From Trueperaceae bacterium (lineage in GTDB: Bacteria; Deinococcota; Deinococci; Deinococcales; Trueperaceae), in contig JAXHLW010000012.1 in the NCBI GenBank assembly GCA_034521815.1, positions 1 through 64,000 of the forward strand: a stretch of 64,000 bases of DNA, in the 5' to 3' direction. Below are positions 56,017 to 64,000 of the stretch, piece by piece (position 1 is the first letter of the stretch; each line of letters starts with the position of its first letter). The translations under genes were made by a program, and so were the position numbers. A model generated the notes under the pieces. It searched no databases and was not told the origin of the DNA. It worked only from the letters and a program-made list of their open reading frames with translations.

Positions 56017-57843
56017 ATGAACGCCGTCGACGATACTCGTCGTACGCTTCCGTTCGAGCGCTTCGCCGCCGTCCGGCGGATCGGCGAGGCGGCCTATGCC
56101 CCCGACGGCCGCACGTTCGCGTACCTCGCGCCCACCTCGGGGCGCGACCAGCTGTGGCTGCAGCCCAGCGGTGGCGGGTTCGCCGTGCAGGCGACCGAGC
56201 TGCCGGGACGCCGCGTCACGGCGTTCGTGTGGGCACCGGAAGGCGACGCGATCGTCTTTCTCGCCGACCGGGACGGCGACGAGATGCACCAGGTGTTCGT
56301 GCTGGAGCTGACCGACGGTCGACCGGGCTGGCCGCGCCAGGTCACCGACGCGCCGGACGTGCAGCATCATCTGGGCGAGACGTTGCCCGGAGGGCGCGTG
56401 TTGCTCACGGCGAACGACCGCGAGCCGACCGAGATGGACGCGCAGATCCTCGACCTGGCGACCGGACGACGGGATCGGCTCACGGAACGCGGTCAGATGT
56501 ACGCCGCCACCGCCTCGCCCGACGGGGGCCGCGCGCTGATTGTCGAGGTGCGCGGCAACATGGACCAGGATCTGCACGTGATCGACCTGGCGACGCGCCA
56601 GCGGCGTCTGGTCACGCCGCACGAGGGCGAGGCCCAGTGCTGGCCGGGGCCGTGGACGCCGGACGGGCGCAGCGTCTACTTCCGCACCGATCTCGGTCGC
56701 GAGTTCCTGGGACTGGCGCGCTACGACCTGGACCAGGACGGATGGACGTACCTGCACGCGCCCGACCGTGAGGTCGAGGAGGTGGCGCTGTCACGCGACG
56801 GACGGACCCGCCTGACCGTCGAGAACGCGGACGGGGCCAGCGTGGTGCGGGCGCACGACGTCGCTCGCGACGAGCCGCTTCCGGACCCCAGCGTTCCGTT
56901 CGGCGTGATCGAGCACGCCTCGCTCCACCCCAGCGAGCGCCGAGCGCTGTTGACGTTGAGCACGCCGGCGCACGCCGAGAACCTGTTCGAGCTGGACCTG
57001 TCGACCGGCGTGTTGGAGGCGCGCGAGCAGTCGATGCTGGGCGGTCTCGATCCGCGCGGGATGCCTGTGCCCCAGCCGGTGCGCTTCCCGAGCTTCGATC
57101 GCGAGGTGCCTGCGTGGCTGTACCGGCCGGCCGGTGACGGCCCGTTCCCCGTGCTGCTCTCGGTCCACGGCGGACCCGAGGCGCAGGAGCGGCCCGAGTA
57201 CCGCTACGGCGGCCTGTACGCCTACCTGGTGAGTCGCGGCGTGGCGGTGCTCGCCCCGAACATTCGGGGCTCGACCGGCTACGGCAAGGCGTGGCAGAAG
57301 GCGATCCACCGCGACTGGGGCGGCGACGAGCTGCGCGATATCGAGGCGGCCGCCGACTGGCTGGCGGACCGGCCGTGGTGCGACGCGACGCGCATCGGCG
57401 TGTTCGGCGGGTCGTTCGGCGGGTTCGCGACGCTGTCGGCCGTGAGCCGGCTTCCGGACCGCTGGGCCGTGGGCGTCGACATCGTGGGTCCGTCCAACCT
57501 GGCGACCTTCGCGGCCAGCGTCCCGCCGCACTGGCGGCCGCTGATGGCCGCATTGGTCGGCGATCCCGACGATCCCGACGATCGCGAGATGCTGCTGGCG
57601 CGCTCGCCGATCAGGTACGTCGATCGGATCCGCGTCCCCATGCTGATCTTCCAAGGCGCCAACGATCCGCGCGTGGTGCAGGCCGAGAGCGACCAGATGG
57701 TCGCTGCGCTGCGCGACCGCGGCCTCGAGGTCGAGTACGTCGTGGACGAGCACAGTGGGCACGGCCCCGCCGACCGCGAGACGGCGCTGACCTGGTACGG
57801 GACCGTCGCGAGGTTCCTCGTGCGGCACCTCGAGCCCGGCTGA
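56017..57843 (+). CDS. S9 family (acylaminoacyl/prolyl oligo) peptidase
   Basis: Beta-propeller; VHGGPE, PNIRGSTGYG, GGSFGG, GANDPRV, SGHG. Confidence 0.92.
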   Translation: MNAVDDTRRTLPFERFAAVRRIGEAAYAPDGRTFAYLAPTSGRDQLWLQPSGGGFAVQATELPGRRVTAFVWAPEGDAIVFLADRDGDEMHQVFVLELTDGRPGWPRQVTDAPDVQHHLGETLPGGRVLLTANDREPTEMDAQILDLATGRRDRLTERGQMYAATASPDGGRALIVEVRGNMDQDLHVIDLATRQRRLVTPHEGEAQCWPGPWTPDGRSVYFRTDLGREFLGLARYDLDQDGWTYLHAPDREVEEVALSRDGRTRLTVENADGASVVRAHDVARDEPLPDPSVPFGVIEHASLHPSERRALLTLSTPAHAENLFELDLSTGVLEAREQSMLGGLDPRGMPVPQPVRFPSFDREVPAWLYRPAGDGPFPVLLSVHGGPEAQERPEYRYGGLYAYLVSRGVAVLAPNIRGSTGYGKAWQKAIHRDWGGDELRDIEAAADWLADRPWCDATRIGVFGGSFGGFATLSAVSRLPDRWAVGVDIVGPSNLATFAASVPPHWRPLMAALVGDPDDPDDREMLLARSPIRYVDRIRVPMLIFQGANDPRVVQAESDQMVAALRDRGLEVEYVVDEHSGHGPADRETALTWYGTVARFLVRHLEPG

Positions 57844-57903
57844 GATCCCGTCCCACCCGAACCCGAGGAGGCGTACGCGGAATCGACTACGCCGAATCGA
57901 CGC

Positions 57904-59211
57904 TCAGTCGCCGCGCGCGCGGCGCACGACGGCGTGCCAGACGAGGCCGGCGACCAGCAGCGCCATCCCCGCCGCCAGCACGGTCGGATCGACGAAGAGC
58001 GCCAGCGTCAGGCAGGAGGTCAGGCCGGCGACCGACACCCAGCGGGGGAAGCGGCGGGCCTCGGGCGGGAGCCGTAGCGCGGCGAGGTTGGTGATCGCGT
58101 AGTACACCAGCACGGTGAAGGCGCTGAACGACCAGGTGGTCCGGACGTCGCCGAGAAGCGCCAGGCCTGCGATCAGGATGCCGACCGCGACGACGGCGGG
58201 GACGGGGGTGGTGCCGGACGTGTTCACGCGGGCGAACAGGGCGGGCACGTCGCGCCGCCGCCCCATGGCCAGGAGGACGCGGGAGAGGCCGAGGATCAGG
58301 TTCAGCAGGACGCCCACCATGGCGGTGACCGCTCCGATCGCCAGGACGTGGGGTGCGAACGGCACGCCGAAGCTGGCGGCGGCGGTTTCGAGGGGGGCGG
58401 TGCGGGCGCTCACGGCGGACAGCGCGTCGCTGCCGGCCGTGCCGACGCCGACGGTCGCGACGGCGGCGTAGAGGAGCATCACCACGACCAGTGCCGTCAC
58501 GACCGCTCGGGGGATGGTGCGCGCGGGGTCGCGGACCTCTTCGCCGAGGGTGGCGATGCGGCCGTAGCCGGTGTACGCGACGAACATGAGGGCGGAGGCG
58601 TAGAGAAGCGCGGGCAGGTCGCCGCGGCCCGGCTCGGGGTCGAAGAACGGCGAGAAGGCTGCGCCGCCTCGCTCGATCAGGGTGGGCGTCCCGGCCACCA
58701 CGAAGAACGCCAGGCTGGCGAGGGTGATGGCGACGATGGCGACGTTGGTGACGTTGGAGCGGCGGATGCCGGCGAGGACGACGCCGGTGAGGACGGCGAC
58801 GAGCAGCACGGCCAGCGGCACCAGCGGTGCCTGCGCTTCGATCCCGAACGCGCCCAGCGTGTAGCCGGCGAACCCCAGCGCGGCGGTGGCGGCCGACGCG
58901 CTCTTGGCCAGGAGGAAGGTCCAGCCGGCGGTGAAGCCCAGGCGGGGCGTGAGGTAGCGGTAGCCGTACTCGTAGGTGCCGCCGGAGACGGGGTGGGCGG
59001 CGGCGAGCTGGGCGCTGGAGAGACCGTTGAAGGTGGCGACGGCGGCTCCGATGGCGATGGCCAGGACGACGGACGGTCCGGTGATGCCGGCGGCGACGCC
59101 GATCGAGACGAACACGCCGGTGCCGACGATGCTGCCGAGGCCCATCATCACGGCGCCGAACGTGCCCAGCTCGCGGCGCAGGCGGCCCGAGCGTGCGGAG
59201 TCTTCAGCCAT
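57904..59211 (-). CDS. APC-family amino acid permease
   Basis: LRRELG, GSIVGTGVF, SGGTYEYG, FVAYTGYGRIATLGEEV. Confidence 0.9.
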   Translation of the reverse strand: MAEDSARSGRLRRELGTFGAVMMGLGSIVGTGVFVSIGVAAGITGPSVVLAIAIGAAVATFNGLSSAQLAAAHPVSGGTYEYGYRYLTPRLGFTAGWTFLLAKSASAATAALGFAGYTLGAFGIEAQAPLVPLAVLLVAVLTGVVLAGIRRSNVTNVAIVAITLASLAFFVVAGTPTLIERGGAAFSPFFDPEPGRGDLPALLYASALMFVAYTGYGRIATLGEEVRDPARTIPRAVVTALVVVMLLYAAVATVGVGTAGSDALSAVSARTAPLETAAASFGVPFAPHVLAIGAVTAMVGVLLNLILGLSRVLLAMGRRRDVPALFARVNTSGTTPVPAVVAVGILIAGLALLGDVRTTWSFSAFTVLVYYAITNLAALRLPPEARRFPRWVSVAGLTSCLTLALFVDPTVLAAGMALLVAGLVWHAVVRRARGD

Positions 59212-60348
59212 CCTCGTCCAATTCTTCCGCGTCGCGGATCGTGGCGGGCCCCGCACCGTGCAGCACCTCGTCGGCCAGCTCGCGCAGCAAGGCGCCGGCT
59301 TCGTCGAGGTCTTGTGGCGAACCTCGAGGATCGCGATCTTGGTGGAGTGGTTGAACGGTGCGGGGTCGACGACGGGCTCGGTCCGGCGGGTGGACGGGTA
59401 GCCGGTGACGTCGCCTGGCACGTCGATCGTCCGCTCGATCGTCATCCAGCCGCCGGTGCACAGCCCCTCGAGCTCCGCCATGAACGCCGCGCCCGACACG
59501 AACAGCGAGTTGTTCACGAGGGCCAGCCTGCCTCCGCTACGGATCAGCGGCCGGACCTTGTTGACCAGACGGGCGACGTTCCGCTCCAGGTCCACCGTGC
59601 CGCCCGGCGTGCTCGAAAAGAACGGCGGGTCGAGGATCGCCAAGTCGTAGCGGGCGTCCTGAAGCTTCTGGCCGCGCACGAACGAGAAGAAGTCGCGCGC
59701 TTGGAAGTCCTTGCGCTCGATTCCGAAGCCGTTGAGCGTGTACGACCTCTTCGCCACGTTCAAGAAGCGACGGTTCAAGTCGGTGTGCAGCACCCGTGCG
59801 GCCCCTCCGGCGCGGGCCGCCACGCCCAGGCTGCCGGTGTAGGCGAACGTGTTCAGCACGGTCGCCCCCTCGGCGTGGTCGATCAGCCAGCGACGCAGCT
59901 CGCGCGTGTCCAGGTAGAAGCTCGCGTCCTGGTTCATGCGCAGGTCCACGGCGTAGCGGACGCCGTGCTCGTGCACGTCGCTGGCCACCCCTGGCCCGTC
60001 CGGATCCTCGAACGCGACGCGCCCCTGGCGCTCCAGGTCGGTCGTCCCGTCGCGCTCCTTCACGACGATCGCCTGCAGCCAGGGGAGCTGGGTACGGAGC
60101 CTGTCGATCAGCGCGCCCACGTCCGAAGCGGCGTTCACGGTGGAGGCGGGGGCGTCGGCGTCCGACGGGGACGGGGACGGGCGATGGAACACCACGGCCG
60201 TCGTCGCGTACACGTCCACGACGTAGCGCGCGTCGCCCTCGAGGTGTCCGTTGAACGCCCGGAAGGCGGTCCGGTGCGACGGCTCGATCAGGGGCGATCG
60301 CGCATCGATGGCGCTGGCTAGAAGGTCGGGCTGCGTCGGGGATGGCAC
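59204..60348 (-). CDS. RlmI/RlmK-like SAM-dependent methyltransferase (probable frameshift near 59310)
   Basis: FYLDTR, VLNTFAYTGS, ILDPPFF. Confidence 0.85.
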
Positions 60349-60406
60349 GCCGCGATTGTGCCACCGATCGACGGTTCACGAGTTGGGCCCGTGTCGCCGC
60401 GGGGCG

Positions 60407-60758
60407 CTACGACTCGCGGAAGGTGGCGTTCGCCTTGCGCATGATCGCCATCACGTCGTCCGCTTTCTCGTCGGACGCTTCCACCGCCAGCAGGACGCTG
60501 TCGTCCCCCGAGCGCTTCCTCGTAGAACGCGGCTTCCTCCTGGTCGACGCCCAAGCGCGTCAGCTCGTTCGAGACGCCGCCCGCGCCGAACCCCACCGCG
60601 CGGAACAGCGATCCCAGGACGCCCTGCCCGTCCGACGCGTGCTGCTGGCGACGGATGGGGTGCAGGTCGCCCTGCTCGACGCCGGTCTCGACCAGCTGGC
60701 TGATGGCCCGTTGCGCGTCCTCGCCGGACTCGAAGATGCCGATGGTGATCGTGCTCAT
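60407..60758 (-). CDS. General-stress-protein-like small protein (frameshift near 60507)
   Basis: IGIFES.EDAQRAISQL; LTRLGVDQEEAAFYEEAL; VLLAV. Confidence 0.65.
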
Positions 60759-60950
60759 GCCGACCTCCCGTTGGTACGTGCTGGCGCTCGTGCTGGCTGG
60801 GCGAATGGAACGGAGCCGATTTTGCGGTCCGTGGTTCGCCCGTTCCGCACTGGTCTGGGCGCTCCTCCGTTCACCGTAGCGCCCAGGCGCGCCGGGGGCT
60901 GTGACCGCGTCGAACGAGACCCGATCTCGGCGATGGCTTGACGCATTGAC

Positions 60951-60968
60951 GTTCAAATGATCTATTGA
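60951..60968 (+). promoter_or_regulatory. Putative ArsR operator TCAA-N8-TTGA
   Basis: Inverted repeat in an AT-rich patch directly before ATG 60973, with TTGACG hexamers upstream. Confidence 0.5.
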
Positions 60969-60972
60969 CGAT

Positions 60973-61656
60973 ATGAACGAGCCGAACCGCTCCTCGCCCA
61001 AGCAGGCGGTGTACGAACGGCTGGCGCAGGTGCCGCAGGCCCTCTCCAGCGGCCCGCGGCTGGAGCTGTTGGACCTTCTCGCCCAGGGCGAGAAGACGGT
61101 CGCGACCCTGGCGCGCCAGGCGGACCTCAGCGTCGCGAACGCCAGCCAGCACCTCCAGGTGTTGCGGCGGGCCGGTCTGGCGGCCGTGCGCCGCGACGGC
61201 CGCCAGGCGTTCTACAGCTTGGCGGGAGACGACGTGCAGCGGCTCGTGCAGGCGGTCCGCGCCGTCGGGGAGACACGCCTCGCCGAGATGGATCGCCTGC
61301 TGGACGCCCTGCACGCCGGTAGCGGCGAGGCGGTGACGACCGTCGAGCTGCGCGAGCGGCTTTCCGCCGGCGACACGATCCTCCTGGACGTGCGACCGGC
61401 CGACCAGTTCGGAGCGGGCCACCTGCCCGGCGCCTGGTCGATCCCGATCGGCGAGCTCGAAGCGCGCCTCGAGGAGCTGCCGCCAGACGTCGACGTCGTG
61501 GCGTACTGTCGAGGGCCGCACTGCGCGACTCTCGGACCGCGCGGTTCAGCTGTTGACGACAGCGGACGGACGGCCCGCCGCCTGCGCGAAGGCGTTGCCG
61601 ACTGGCGCTCGGAAGGGCTTCCGGTCGAAACGGCTTCCGTCGCTGGAGACGGGTGA
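60973..61656 (+). CDS. ArsR HTH-rhodanese fusion regulator
   Basis: RLELLDLLAQGE..VANASQHLQVL; LLDVRP..GHLPGA; YCRGPHC. Confidence 0.9.
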   Translation: MNEPNRSSPKQAVYERLAQVPQALSSGPRLELLDLLAQGEKTVATLARQADLSVANASQHLQVLRRAGLAAVRRDGRQAFYSLAGDDVQRLVQAVRAVGETRLAEMDRLLDALHAGSGEAVTTVELRERLSAGDTILLDVRPADQFGAGHLPGAWSIPIGELEARLEELPPDVDVVAYCRGPHCATLGPRGSAVDDSGRTARRLREGVADWRSEGLPVETASVAGDG

Positions 61657-61672
61657 AGGACGCGCCACGGCG

Positions 61673-62890
61673 ATGAGGGACAGGGTCGGCGCGGCGCGCG
61701 ACGCCGGGAGAACGAACGCCGCGGGGCACGCGAGGCCGCGTCCCCTCAGGGTTCGGACCGGCTTCTGGCTGCTCGCCCTGATCAACCTGTTCGTGGGCTC
61801 GATGGTGGGTCTCGAGCGGACGGCGCTGCCGCTGGTGGCCCAGCAGGACTTCGCTCTCCGCAGCGGCGCGGCGGTCGGCGGTTTCGTCGTCGCGTTCGCG
61901 GCCGCGAAGGCCGTCATGAACCTGCTGGCGGGCGCGACCGCGGACCGCCTTGGACGCAAGCGCGTCTTGGTGCTGGGATGGCTCGTATCGCTACCGGTCG
62001 CTCCGCTGCTGGCGTGGGCGCCGTCATGGGACGTGGTGATCGCGGCGAACGTGCTCCTGGGGGCGGGCCAGGCGCTGACCTGGTCGATGACCGCGAACAT
62101 GATGGTGGACCTGATGCCGTCCAGCCGACGCGGGTTCGCCGCCGGGATGAACGAGTTCGCAGGCTACCTGGGCGTCGCCGCGACGGCGTTCCTGACCGGT
62201 CTGATCGCCTCGCAGGCGGGCCTCAGGCCGTGGCCGTTCGTGCTGGGCGTCGCGCTGACCGCGATCGGCCTGGCGCTGTCGCTGGCCGCGCCCGAAACTG
62301 CGCCGACCGGCCGCGCGCCGCCGCTCCGTTGGGGTGCGGGCGTCGGCGTTCCGAGCGCGCTGGGTCTCGCCACGAACCTCAAGGACGGCCGGGTGGGGCT
62401 GTCGCTGCCGTTGCTGCTGGAGGGGCGCGGCTTCGGTGCTGCCACCAGATCGGGCTGGTGGCCGGCCTGTACCCGCTGGTCTGGGCCGCCGGCCAGCCGC
62501 TGTTCGGGCCGCTGTCCGACCGGATCGGACGGCGCGGACCGGTGGCGGTCGGGATGGCGCTGCAAGGCGCCGGCTTGGGGCTGCTGGCGGTCGCCACCAC
62601 GCTTCCCGCGGCGCTGACGGCCGCGACGATTTTGGGCCTCGGCACGGGCATGGCGTACCCGGTGCTGATCGCGCTGGTCGCCGACCGCGTCGCGCCGGCG
62701 GAGCGCGCCACCGCGCTGGGCATCTACCGCTTCTTTCGAGACGGAGGCTACGCCGTGGGCGCGCTGGTGGCGGGCGTCGGCTTGGCGCAGCTAGGAGCCG
62801 CGACCGCCTGGACCGGGGTCGCGTTCGTGCCGCTGGCGATCCTCGCCTGGCGGAACGGGGCCGGGACCGACCCGGCGGACGCATCGGTGA
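61673..62890 (+). CDS. MFS transporter (frameshifted; 3' end uncertain)
   Basis: VGLERT.LPL, DRLGRKRVL, GMNEFAGY, SDRIGRR, GIYRFFRDGGY. Confidence 0.85.
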
Positions 62891-62922
62891 GTCGGCGAGC
62901 GAAGCTCGCGGAGGAGGTCCCC

Positions 62923-63287
62923 GTGACCGTGCTGATCATCCTGGAACCACCCGCCCTACGGAACGGAGCGGTCGGTACAACGGGCTGCGGCTGGCCCGCC
63001 GAGCTCGAGCAAGAACGCGACGACGTGCGCCTGCGGCTGTTCCTGATGGCGCGACGCGCGTCGGTTGCGGCAAGGACGGCCAGAGCACGCCGAACGGCTA
63101 CTGCAACGTGGCGCGGATGGTCCGCTCGGGTCGCCCGCAAGGGCGCCGAGGCGGGCGCCGGCCGGCACCTGCATGGACGGGCGCGGCCTGAGCGACGACC
63201 AGAGCTGCTGGACGGGCGCGCACCGCAGCACGATGGACGAGCTGGGCGCCTGGACGGTGGAGGCGGACAAGGTGATCGCGCTTCTGA
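62923..63287 (+). CDS. DsrE/YchN-family protein (heavily frameshifted)
   Basis: Across frames: VLIIL..PPYGTERS.YNGLRLA..LFLM..GQSTPNGY..GTCMD..STMDELGAWTVEADKV. Confidence 0.7.
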
Positions 63288-63314
63288 GCAGCCGTCTTGG
63301 TTGTCCGGGCGGAG

Positions 63315-63435
63315 ATCGGTCGTGGCTCGTAGCTGCGGCCGGCCTTCACGATGGCGTTGAGGATGAGGAGGAGCTTCGCGCACGCAGCGGTCAGGGCGAC
63401 CTTCGCGAGCTTCCCGGCGCGTTCGAGGTCCGCCT
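63315..63435 (-). mobile_element. IS110-family transposase C-terminal remnant
   Basis: RAGKLAKVALTAACAKLLLILNAIVK resembles the IS110 tail GKP.KVAL.ACMRKLL.ILNA. Confidence 0.6.
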
Positions 63436-63604
63436 GATCGCCAACCGCCGGGTCGCCACGCGAGACGTCGAGATCGCCGGGCACCGCATCGGCCGGGCGA
63501 CCGCGTCCGCATCGTATGGCCGTTCGGCGAACCGCGGCGACGAGCGTGTGGCTTTCGCACGCGCCGTTCCGCTGCGAATGAGCCGCGGGCCAGGCCACGC
63601 GGCG

Positions 63605-63967
63605 TCAGATCGACGACCAGCCCAGCTGTTCGCGTCCAGCTGGAAGGATGCGATCCGGGGTCCACGGCGGATCCCAGACCAGCTGGACGTCGACGATGCC
63701 GACGCCTGGGATCGCGCCCAGGCGCTGCTCCACGTCGTGTCGGATCACGCCGTGCAGGGGGCAGCCGGGCGTGGTGAGCGTCATCATGACGGTGGCCGTG
63801 TCGCCCACGAGGTGCACCTCGTACACCAGGCCCAGGCTGATCACGTCCAGCCCGAGCTCCGGATCGATCACCGCCTGCAGGCCGTCCAGGACGGCCTCCG
63901 CGTCGGCGGCTGCTGCGTCGTCCAAGACGAGCACGCCTCGGCGCGTCGTCGCTGCGGGGTCGGTCAT
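63605..63967 (-). CDS. DUF59/SufT/MIP18 metal-sulfur cluster assembly factor
   Basis: VIDPELGLDVISLGLVY, MTLTTPGCP, VWDPPWTP. Confidence 0.92.
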   Translation of the reverse strand: MTDPAATTRRGVLVLDDAAAADAEAVLDGLQAVIDPELGLDVISLGLVYEVHLVGDTATVMMTLTTPGCPLHGVIRHDVEQRLGAIPGVGIVDVQLVWDPPWTPDRILPAGREQLGWSSI

Positions 63968-64000
63968 GCGCGATGTCCTTTCCAGCCCGGCGGGGCGGCC

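Noticed and set aside
57904-60348. 814-aa methyltransferase-permease fusion ORF
   Set aside because: An alternate frame gives a natural methyltransferase tail (DLDEAGALLRELADEVL..EDG*) ending at 59204 and overlapping the permease ATG; one missing base near 59310 explains the fusion
63315-63600. Active IS110/bridge-RNA element
   Set aside because: Only a short degenerate C-terminal fragment remains; no DEDD domain or element ends are recognisable

Overview
Very GC-rich bacterial chromosomal window. The gene content (xanthorhodopsin-clade pump, FrnE, copper-island proteins) suggests Deinococcota/Trueperaceae, which is an inference. Single-base frameshifts in conserved genes (response regulator, katG, V-ATPase A, pbpC) point to an imperfectly polished long-read assembly. 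Contents in order: O-antigen-ligase-like gene; copper island (Met-rich sensor kinase and OmpR regulator, two SHOCT modules, CueP, DUF305, CopA, CopB, a Gly/Met-rich secreted protein, cytochrome c) with a readable three-copy regulator box and two CsoR-like operators; DUF3494 ice-binding lipoprotein; purU; a 7.6-kb tandem duplication of alpha-2-macroglobulin plus pbpC; EAL protein; MalY; an internally deleted ArsR-SRPBCC relic; rhodopsin with blh; DUF433/PIN toxin-antitoxin pair; katG; a perfect 52-bp palindrome; DUF6345 lipoprotein; an iodotyrosine-deiodinase-like/FrnE pair; a spirochete/Chlamydia-order V-ATPase operon with a Na+ signature; S9 peptidase; permease; methyltransferase; an ArsR-rhodanese/MFS/DsrE cluster; and an IS110 scrap. 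No rRNA, tRNA or CRISPR array was seen.
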